Position numbers and translations under genes: made by a program. 17,793 bases of DNA from Silvanigrellaceae bacterium (GTDB lineage: Bacteria > Bdellovibrionota_B > Oligoflexia > Silvanigrellales > Silvanigrellaceae). Below the pieces are notes generated by a model. That model was not told the DNA's origin and made no database searches. It saw only the letters and a program-made list of their open reading frames with translations. Below, piece by piece: positions 1 through 7,572 of this stretch. The stretch is from positions 1-17,793 of the forward strand of contig JBMSQQ010000069.1 in assembly GCA_049423385.1 (NCBI GenBank). Direction: 5' to 3'. Positions within the stretch are counted from its first letter, which is position 1. Each line of letters opens with the position of its first letter.

Positions 1-1292
1 GTCGCTTTTTTTGCAGCAACAGTTTTCGGCCTGAATGGTTTCGTTCTCTGTGCAGCAATCTCCATGTCTCTCTTTTCTTCGCTCAGATCAGTACGCGAGG
101 CGATGGGTTTAACGCTCATCCTTTATATTTGTCGACCCTGGGAGGTGCTGCCGGCCAACGACTGGTGGGCGCAGGTGCCTCGACAATGCATTTGGCTGTG
201 GTTGGTGGCTTGGCTCAAAGCAACAACCCAACAGCCCTTGCAAATTCTTGATGCCACAAAAATCTCGCGCGGAATCGGATTGACGCTCATTTTCGCAATT
301 TGGTGTTTGTTCACAACTCTTGTATCGCGCGACAGCGCCGGAAGCCAACAGTACTTCATCGACACTCTCTTTCGCGCCATCACGCTGGTGGTGATTCTCC
401 ACCTGACGGTGAGCTCGGTTGCCGATGTTGAACGCCTGCAATTGGCCTTTGTCGTTGGAGTCACGACTCTTGCACTGTTCAGTTTGTGGCGATTCCACGG
501 GCTCGATCAAACAGCACCTTTGGAACTGCTGCAAAGGAATTGGGAACAGTCGCAGGATCGGCGGCTCGAGGCCGTGGGTTCACTCGGCAATTCAAACGAC
601 ATCGCAGCAGTCATCATGATTCCACTTGGTTTCCTTTGGCCCACTCTTCTTGATCCAAAGACTTCATTTGCCAAGCGCACAGCAACAGCCACAATCGTTT
701 TTTTTTGCTCAAAACCCTTCTGGCGTCACAAAGCCGGGGCGCACTGATGGCTGCGGTTGCCCAATGCGGACTGCTGTTTGTGGCACGTTCAAAACAACCC
801 GGAAGGATGACATTCATTCTGGCAATGATTGTGGGAGTCCTGGGCTCTTTCGCAAACCAATTGCTTGGAAGAAATTCGGAAGACCTTGATGCATCAACTG
901 AAAGCCGGATGAACTATTATGTGACCGGGCTTCACATGGCATTCAACAGCCCCATTTGGGGACAAGGCTTTGGCCGGTATCCCTATGAGTTCGAGCGCTT
1001 TTCTCCCTTGATACTGCATGAGTGGGGACTGCGAACGGCACATTCAAGCTGGGTACTCGTGCTTGCAGAAACGGGCCTCGTCGGACTCTTTCTGTTTACG
1101 CTCATCCATCTTCACATCGCAAAATCATGCTGGGAACTGCGAAAAACACAACCATCACTCCTGTTGTCGTTTGCAGGCTACTCGTTCACGATTCTCTTTC
1201 TTTCACACTCTTGGCTGATGTTCCCCTGGATTCTTTTTGCACTCGCAGACCTGCACTTCAAGTTCTCCAACATCAGGGAATCAAAACCATGA
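1..1292 (+). CDS. O-antigen ligase/polymerase (Wzy_C/WaaL-like) family membrane protein; 5'-partial, frameshifted at the T9 tract (698-706)
   Basis: Frame 1 is open from base 1 (VAFFAATVFGLNGFVLCAAISM...) through ORF 64..747, with several hydrophobic segments and GSLGNSNDIAAVIMIP. After the T9 run, the frame of ORF 705..1292 carries the rest of the family signature: SQSRGALMA, STESRMNYY, PIWGQGFGRY, AHSSWVLVLAETGLVG. A T10 or T7 tract would join the two frames. Confidence 0.85.
698..706 (+). repeat. T9 homopolymer at the frameshift junction of the Wzy-like gene
   Basis: Sequence reads atc g TTTTTTTTT g ctc aaa acc. The family-like reading frame switches within this run. Confidence 0.9.
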
Positions 1293-2581
1293 GCAGCAAG
1301 ACCCCAAAAGATCTTTTGTGGATCGTTCCGCGTCTTCCATGGCCGCCCCGCTGCGGGGCGAGCTACGCCAATTGTGAACTCGTGCGTGCCATGGCCGACA
1401 GGGGGCATCGCATTCAACTCATTTGCTGGTCAAATGAAACTGTTGAAGTTGTTCCACCCGAAGCCCAGCGCCAACTGGGAGTCGAATCCATTTTTGTTCT
1501 ACAATGGCCCCTGTTGCTCAGAAACAAGTGGACACGACTGCTCATCAGCTTCGGCCTTCAGTGCCTGAGGCGCAAAATACCGTTGAGTGTCCTTCCCTTC
1601 ACGGCCGGAAGATTCAGAGAAAGATTGAATCAATTTTTGTCGAGGCATCCTTTCACCACCATCATTTGGGATGGACTTCACCCGATGGTGATTGCTCCCG
1701 ATAAAAAACCAAACGATTCAAAAAGAATAAACATCTACAGAGCCCACAACATCGAAGCATCCATCTGGCGTGGATTTGGGCGAGCACTGCCGTGGCCATT
1801 CGGGCATGTCTTTCAATGGCAAATCAAAAAAATGGACACCTTTGAACGCGCATGCATGACGTATTCGTCCGGCATTGCATTCGTGCAAGCCGACGATGAG
1901 TTTTGGTTCAAAAGCAATGTGAGCCAATCTGCTCAGACACAATTGGTTCCCATCTCCGTGGGCATCCCTGCTGACACCGCGGCCTGGCAGATTGCACGTT
2001 GGAGAAATGCACAAAGAGAAAGGAACGATGACAAGGGCATCTCACTTTTGTGGATTGGCGGCCTCGACTGGTGGCCAAACAAGCAAGCGATAGAATGGTT
2101 TTTGAAAAACATTTGGAAAAACGTCACAAGAATCAGACCAAACGCTCGCCTGACGCTGGTTGGAAAAGGAACAGAGCGACTCGACACTGTCCAGTTCAAC
2201 AACATCAATGTCTTTGGTTTTACCCAAGATCTCTCGCTGGTTTTAAACAATGCAGACCTCCTGATTGTTCCCATTCAGTCGGGCGGCGGGATGCGCGTCA
2301 AAGCTCTCGAGGCGCTATCAAGAGGTGTGCCCTGCATTGGCACACCCTTGGGAATATCGGGCCTTCCAAAGGAAGGACTCTATATTTGCAATGACGAACA
2401 CGAGTGGATCCGGGTGATCTCGAACGCCACGCCCGAGGAGTGCTTTATTCGCGGAATGATGGGATTTCGCGCGGTTCAGAGTCAATTCGATCGGGCTGCG
2501 AGTGCGCAGCGACTGGATGAACTGATTGAGAAATGCGAAAAGGTCTCATCCACTCCAAAAATGCATCACAGCACAACCTGA
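1289..2581 (+). CDS. Glycosyltransferase family 4 (GT-B), 430 aa
   Basis: ATG at 1289 overlaps the upstream TGA (ATGA). Motifs: LLWIVPRLPWPPRCGA, YRAHNIEASIW, WIGGLDWWPNKQAIEWF, VPIQSGGGMRVKALEALSRGVPCIGT. The 1022 start in the ORF track lies inside the upstream gene. Confidence 0.92.
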   Translation: MSSKTPKDLLWIVPRLPWPPRCGASYANCELVRAMADRGHRIQLICWSNETVEVVPPEAQRQLGVESIFVLQWPLLLRNKWTRLLISFGLQCLRRKIPLSVLPFTAGRFRERLNQFLSRHPFTTIIWDGLHPMVIAPDKKPNDSKRINIYRAHNIEASIWRGFGRALPWPFGHVFQWQIKKMDTFERACMTYSSGIAFVQADDEFWFKSNVSQSAQTQLVPISVGIPADTAAWQIARWRNAQRERNDDKGISLLWIGGLDWWPNKQAIEWFLKNIWKNVTRIRPNARLTLVGKGTERLDTVQFNNINVFGFTQDLSLVLNNADLLIVPIQSGGGMRVKALEALSRGVPCIGTPLGISGLPKEGLYICNDEHEWIRVISNATPEECFIRGMMGFRAVQSQFDRAASAQRLDELIEKCEKVSSTPKMHHSTT

Positions 2582-4361
2582 GTTGCTCAAATTCCCTGAC
2601 AGCAGCACCGGGAGGCAGCAAGAAAGGGTCGCGAATATCCTCGCTGCTGAGCGAATGCGCAAATTCTGCAACGAGAACACATTTTTTCAAGTACTTCAGC
2701 CCAAAGGTCCGAACGACTCGAAGCAAATGCGACTTCTCCATCAGGACAACAATATCGGCATTGTCCAAATCATGTTCGGAAAGTTGTTGTGCCCGATGCT
2801 CTTCGGGCGCAAAACCGTGATGGCGAAACAGCGAATGAAATCTTTTCGGAACACTTTTGTCTTCCACCTGAAGACCGCGCGATAGTGTCGAGAATGTTGA
2901 CCCCTGCAATTTGTCCCGCAAATACATTTCCGCAAACGGACTTCTGCAGCGATTGCCCAAACACACGAAAAGTAACTGCACCTTGCGTGGGTGAACGATT
3001 TGAAGTTCTCGTAACCCACTTGTTCCGCGTATCAGGGTCAAAAGCGATGTTGCGCATTCCGACGCGCGAACCACCACCCGACTCCAAAGTGCCACTGCAG
3101 TCACTTGGGTAAAGCGCATCCATTGCCTAACGCAAGGACGCACGTCGTCCGAGGCAAAGAAATCAAAGCGCATGGCAGGGTGAATCAAGACGTTGAAACT
3201 GGCCACCAAAAAGCGCACGGCGCGCTGAAGCGTCAGCTCGCCATTGACCAGCGATCTTATCACCGATGAAAGGTGCTGAACCTCGCCAGGGTAGATATTG
3301 GTGCAATAAAGATGCTTGGCAAAGACGGCATTGAAGTCCATCAACCCGGCGGCCTGACTCGGATGCGCCGCAGTGAGCGCATAGGAACGAAGAGGAGAAC
3401 TGGACGGTTGAAGTCCAGCCAGCTTTGCCCACTGAGAGACGAAAGCAAAACCTGCGTGATTCGCGAGGGCCAAAGATCCCCACGGCCGGGCGTTCAATTC
3501 AACAAAAAGAACATCGCCTGCACCTTGAACATCTTGCGCAAGTGCGGAAGATCTGCGGAACTCAATCATCGCCATTCCAGTGTGACTCAGTCCCGCCAGA
3601 AAAACCTCTGCTGCTCGGCGAAGACCCAGGTCGAATGTCAATCGCTTGCGCGCACTCACGCCACCGCTCCATGGAATCTCGGCCAATCTTTCGTGTGTGT
3701 GCCACAGACGCACGTCGCCATCCACCATCAAAAAGAATGCACCGCAACCGCTTCCATCGAAGAAATCCTGCAACAAATAGGAAACTCCTGAGTTCTGCAA
3801 TTCTTCATGCAACGCATGCAATTCCTGTTGCGATTGCACAACCCAATTCCGCCCTTTGCAGTAGCGATCACCATCCCAATGGTTATCAGTGCGAACGATC
3901 TGTTTGCCTTCGGAAAAAGAACGCGTGGGTGCCGGATCGTTCTGGCCAATCACGACACCATCTGCCACCCGCAGACCCAATTTCCTGGCACGATGGAAGG
4001 ATTCGATCTTGCTCAATCCATAAAAAAGAACTCTTTCACCGGCGCAAAGAAGTTGAATTGAAGGTGGTAATTCAGAACGCCATCTCATGACAGCGGCAAT
4101 GGTCGACTCGCTCACGGGCAGTATCGCATCTGCTCCCACACTCAACGCAAAAGAGACGATCTCAGCCAAGGCTTGTTGAGGATTCCACCACGGACTCACA
4201 ATCGCACGGTAGCTCTTCACATACCCGCTCGCAGAAGCGGGTGAACTGCGTTCAACACCGCAGACAAATACATCATACCCCGCACGTCCCAAATCTCGGA
4301 CACACGCCAAGGCGGCCAGGGAGTCACCGTCTGTCACGAGGATTCTCGCAGGTCTATTCAT
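2445..4361 (-). CDS. ATP-grasp amide-ligase-like domain fused to a C-terminal low-molecular-weight protein tyrosine phosphatase (LMW-PTP/ArsC fold), 638 aa
   Basis: ATG at 4361 overlaps the deacetylase stop (ATGA). ATP-grasp region: ILVTDGDSLAALACVRDLGRAG, YLLQDFFDG, PWSGGVS, GMAMIEFR, VELNARPWGSLALANHAG. Phosphatase region: P-loop FVCLGNRCRSPFAE (C-X5-R-S at 2940-2963), ADIVVLMEKSH, DIRDPF. Confidence 0.88.
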   Translation of the reverse strand: MNRPARILVTDGDSLAALACVRDLGRAGYDVFVCGVERSSPASASGYVKSYRAIVSPWWNPQQALAEIVSFALSVGADAILPVSESTIAAVMRWRSELPPSIQLLCAGERVLFYGLSKIESFHRARKLGLRVADGVVIGQNDPAPTRSFSEGKQIVRTDNHWDGDRYCKGRNWVVQSQQELHALHEELQNSGVSYLLQDFFDGSGCGAFFLMVDGDVRLWHTHERLAEIPWSGGVSARKRLTFDLGLRRAAEVFLAGLSHTGMAMIEFRRSSALAQDVQGAGDVLFVELNARPWGSLALANHAGFAFVSQWAKLAGLQPSSSPLRSYALTAAHPSQAAGLMDFNAVFAKHLYCTNIYPGEVQHLSSVIRSLVNGELTLQRAVRFLVASFNVLIHPAMRFDFFASDDVRPCVRQWMRFTQVTAVALWSRVVVRASECATSLLTLIRGTSGLRELQIVHPRKVQLLFVCLGNRCRSPFAEMYLRDKLQGSTFSTLSRGLQVEDKSVPKRFHSLFRHHGFAPEEHRAQQLSEHDLDNADIVVLMEKSHLLRVVRTFGLKYLKKCVLVAEFAHSLSSEDIRDPFLLPPGAAVREFEQLRLCCDAFLEWMRPFRISQSVHPVAAHSQPDRIDSEPREIPSFRE

Positions 4362-5296
4362 AGGAATCGGCTCACAAGATTCCATTTTCTCGAGCTCAGA
4401 AGCTCACCCACATCCGTCTGAGGCCCGACGCAAAATCTTCTGAGCGCGTAGGGCTCGGAGCAGTGCCGATTCCACCCGGCAATGGTTGTGACCGCAGAAT
4501 CTACGCCATGCTCCCGCAAAAGATGCGCACATCGCCGACCAAAGTCACCGGACTGACCATTCGGATAGGCGTAATGCAATGGCCTCACACCAAAGACATC
4601 CCTCAGGAAGCCGACGCTCTCGGCAATTTCCTTTTTCAACTCGACCTGGGTCAATTTCGAGTGAATGGAATGGTTAGCCGAATGGGCGCCAAAGGAGAAA
4701 ACGCCAGACGAACGCGCAGCCAGGCACTCGCCAACATTTGCTAGTCGGCGCTCGCGATGCACAGGGATTGCATCAACCTGCAGTGCCAACTGAAGATTGT
4801 TGAGCAACTCAGATATGGCATCTGGATGCAGCTTCTTCAGAAAACTCTGCAGTTTCCTGTTGGCTGCCGCCTTTTGACTGTCAGAGCCAAGAGGAATATG
4901 TCGACCCAGAAAATCGAAGCCCTCAAGCTTCGTTGAGGAAATCAGTTCAATGACTTGGGTAAACCAAGGATTCAACTCTTCCCTCGACAAACGCGTGGGC
5001 AAGAAAACAGTTGCCTGCGCAGAGTGTTTCTTGAGAACGGGTTCGGCCATCGCCAATGAAGCGGCGAAACCGTCATCAAACGTGAGCGATACCGACGGAG
5101 CCGAAAGCTTGCCCAGCCTGAGCAACTCGACCGCCCTATCCAAATCCAAAAATCTCCAACCAAGGTCGGCCACTTTTTTCAAGTCGGATGAAAATTTATC
5201 AGCCGAGACAAAGCAAAAATCATTCAAATGCTCTGAACTGTTCTGTGTGAGTCCATGGTAGCAGAGAATCACAAGTGGAGGCTTATGAATCAACAT
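4358..5296 (-). CDS. Polysaccharide deacetylase (CE4/NodB homology), 312 aa
   Basis: ATG at 5296 has GAGGAG upstream and overlaps the previous gene by 7 bp. Motifs: VILCYHG, SLTFDDGF, ATVFLPT, FGAHSANH, YAYPNG, YALRRF. No N-terminal signal peptide is evident. Confidence 0.92.
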   Translation of the reverse strand: MLIHKPPLVILCYHGLTQNSSEHLNDFCFVSADKFSSDLKKVADLGWRFLDLDRAVELLRLGKLSAPSVSLTFDDGFAASLAMAEPVLKKHSAQATVFLPTRLSREELNPWFTQVIELISSTKLEGFDFLGRHIPLGSDSQKAAANRKLQSFLKKLHPDAISELLNNLQLALQVDAIPVHRERRLANVGECLAARSSGVFSFGAHSANHSIHSKLTQVELKKEIAESVGFLRDVFGVRPLHYAYPNGQSGDFGRRCAHLLREHGVDSAVTTIAGWNRHCSEPYALRRFCVGPQTDVGELLSSRKWNLVSRFL

Positions 5297-7572
5297 CTTT
5301 CTGCTCCTCTCTTCATTCCCTTCAAAACTCCAAACAGGGTCGCCGGTGGAATCACGGTTGGGATTAGAACAACCGCAGCAGCACTCAAAACCAGCCAATC
5401 CGGCAAGACAAAAATTGGCGCAATCATCTTCAATATAAAGACGCACAAAACGACGCAAATGATGTTTATCTGCACAGATTGTGCTGGAACAATCCAAGAA
5501 ATCCTGAGGCCACTCCGAACAACATCGGAAAGCAAAAATCCGATACGGCTCAATGCCGCAGCAAAAACTCCCCCCGCAACCGCACCTGCAACACCGTGCC
5601 AGGAAAATCCGGCAGCAACAGAAGAAATGCTCAGCAAAGCCGAGGCAATGGAAAAGAACAAGATGCGCCTCGAGCTCCCCTGAGCCCGCGAAAGCGCATC
5701 GGGTGGAATGCAATTCAGCGCGTTTGCAAGTGCGAATATTCGCATCACGCCCGATGCTTCCTGATAGCGATCCGCAAAAAGCAACGACAAAATCTCGGGT
5801 GCAAAAAGCATCAAGGTCGCAGTCCACGGAACTGCAAACCTGGCAATTTTTCCGATGCACTCCCTGATGATCGCTGCACACCGTCGCGATTCACCATTTT
5901 GCAAAGAGAAAGCGATCTCCTGCAAGCGATGTTGCATGACCGATTGTTCCAGGAGATTCGCCAGCGGAAAGGAAAGTGTTCCGGCTGCAACCAACGAAAA
6001 CTCCGTTGGCGACAACCTGTGAAGCAGAAAAAATCGATCAAAGGTGGATGCAAAAACGGCCAGTGCTGCCGAAACACCCACAGGCCATGCAGACCTCAAT
6101 ATCGAGACTCCATGCACAAAAGATGATCGCGAAAAGGGTCTGCACTTCACGTCCCGGTTCAGCAACTTCAAGGCAACCAGCCGCACCATCAGAAATGCCG
6201 GAATCACAAAAAGGACATCCAACAAAGATTGTTGTAAAAAAATCAGCGCGAACATTGTCGCAATCTTGGCAAATTCACAGATTCCAACAATGCATGCAGC
6301 CAACAATCCCCTTCCACGCACGTTGAAGTGCTGCTCGAGAAAAACACATGGCAAAAGAGCCCCGGCTGAGAGTGCCAGAATGATGTTGATGTTGCCTTCT
6401 GGAATGGCATCAAGGGGGCCCCAGGCAAAAACGCTCATTGCGCAGATCACTGCGGCCACACACTGAAGGTGCCAGGCGGTTGAAACCATCTGCACACCGT
6501 GCTCACGATTGAGCTTCCACCAAGGGATGAGGCTCCAGAGTCCAGACGTCAAACTCAAAGCAGCGACGGACGAAAGATACAAACCAAAGCTGCGAAACTG
6601 TCCAAACTCATCCTTGTTTAACAAACGTCCCAGCGCTATCGGCACGGCCATGTTCAAGATTGCGACCGCTGCCTGCACAACAGCCTGATTCGCCGAATCG
6701 CTCTCCAATTTTCGAATTCGGCGCATCACCTTGGAAATCACCCAGTCGCCCAACATCCAAAGCATCGACAATGTCCACAGCGGAAAGAGGGCAGGATTTC
6801 GACAAACAATGGCCAGTCCGCCGGCACCCATCACGCGCAATCCTGTCCACTTGAGAAGAGGCGCGAAGGCATCCGCCGCCAGCGAGCTTTCTTGTTGCTG
6901 TCGCCAGCTATAGGTCGGCGTCATGGAAAGTGTGATGGGGGAGCGGGTCACCAGTCTCATCAGAAATTCCATGTCTTCGCAACGCCAGAGAGATTCCTTA
7001 AAACCTCCAAGAGCCTCGAAAAGCGATTTTCGAATCACAAGCCCCGAAGGCTGAAGAAAGTTGCCAAAAAGCGCCTGAGTTTCTGCATTCCCGTGCCAAA
7101 AATCACGATTGTTCCGAGGACAAAAGAGGAACGAAAAAAGCCTGGAAGACGATCGAAACGCAGGAAATGCTCCGACAAATCCTTGCCGCCCGGACTGCGG
7201 ATTCAGAGCGGCATCGGTGATGTTGAAGTTGCTGATGACCACATCGGAACCTTGCTGTGATTCAAGGATTCGCAAAACGTTTGCGATGTGTTGCGGATGC
7301 CAGACATCATCCGAGTCCAAAAATGCAATCCACTTTCCGTGTGCAAAAAAGGCGCCAAGGTTTCTTGCGGCCGATGGTCCTGCGCGAAAGGTGGACAGCA
7401 AAACAATGTCGTTCTGATTCTTACACCATTCGTGCGTTCCGTCGGTGGAACCATCATCCACAACAATCAGTTCGTGCACCGAAGTGGCTTGGCTTCTCAC
7501 CGATTCGATCGCCAATTTCAACATCGGAAGGCGATTCCAGGTGGGAACCACAACAGAGACTTCGGCAATCAT
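5290..7572 (-). CDS. GT2 (GT-A) glycosyltransferase fused to a Wzx/MOP-superfamily oligosaccharide flippase, 760 aa
   Basis: ATG at 7572 overlaps the upstream stop (ATGA). Residues 1 to ~280: VSVVVPTWNR, VVDDGSTDGT, GPSAARNLG, IAFLDSDD, CEDMEF. Residues ~283-760: multi-TM region with flippase-like segments PIALGRLLNKDEFGQF, STFDRFFL, LFAPEILSLLFADRYQEASGVMRIFAL. Confidence 0.85.
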   Translation of the reverse strand: MIAEVSVVVPTWNRLPMLKLAIESVRSQATSVHELIVVDDGSTDGTHEWCKNQNDIVLLSTFRAGPSAARNLGAFFAHGKWIAFLDSDDVWHPQHIANVLRILESQQGSDVVISNFNITDAALNPQSGRQGFVGAFPAFRSSSRLFSFLFCPRNNRDFWHGNAETQALFGNFLQPSGLVIRKSLFEALGGFKESLWRCEDMEFLMRLVTRSPITLSMTPTYSWRQQQESSLAADAFAPLLKWTGLRVMGAGGLAIVCRNPALFPLWTLSMLWMLGDWVISKVMRRIRKLESDSANQAVVQAAVAILNMAVPIALGRLLNKDEFGQFRSFGLYLSSVAALSLTSGLWSLIPWWKLNREHGVQMVSTAWHLQCVAAVICAMSVFAWGPLDAIPEGNINIILALSAGALLPCVFLEQHFNVRGRGLLAACIVGICEFAKIATMFALIFLQQSLLDVLFVIPAFLMVRLVALKLLNRDVKCRPFSRSSFVHGVSILRSAWPVGVSAALAVFASTFDRFFLLHRLSPTEFSLVAAGTLSFPLANLLEQSVMQHRLQEIAFSLQNGESRRCAAIIRECIGKIARFAVPWTATLMLFAPEILSLLFADRYQEASGVMRIFALANALNCIPPDALSRAQGSSRRILFFSIASALLSISSVAAGFSWHGVAGAVAGGVFAAALSRIGFLLSDVVRSGLRISWIVPAQSVQINIICVVLCVFILKMIAPIFVLPDWLVLSAAAVVLIPTVIPPATLFGVLKGMKRGAERC

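Noticed and set aside
1022..1288. N-terminal extension of the GT4 ORF (track start 1022)
   Set aside because: It lies in another frame inside the Wzy-like gene. GT4 similarity begins at ATG 1289, which has an ATGA overlap.
1..2581. Assignment to a PEP-CTERM/exosortase-associated glycosylation system
   Set aside because: The ligase-like and GT4 proteins resemble families seen in such loci, but no exosortase or PEP-CTERM protein is in the window.
2525..2985. Arsenate reductase (ArsC) interpretation of the C-X5-R domain
   Set aside because: The fold is shared, but the loop CLGNxCRS and the polysaccharide context fit an LMW-PTP. No ars genes are present and the ArsC redox Cys pair is not evident.
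3273..4090. Plus-strand ORFs 3273..3791 and 3425..4090
   Set aside because: They are antisense to the well-supported ATP-grasp domain and show no protein-family features.
5297..5881. Cys-rich N-terminal extension of the deacetylase ORF (track start 5881), superficially metal-binding
   Set aside because: It is an alternative-frame reading of the Ala/Val/Leu-rich flippase codons. The supported start is 5296, with a GAGGAG site.
5255..6466. Plus-strand ORFs 5255..5683 (Pro/Ala/Thr-rich), 5479..6126 and 6044..6466
   Set aside because: These are antisense shadows of the flippase region with no recognisable motifs.
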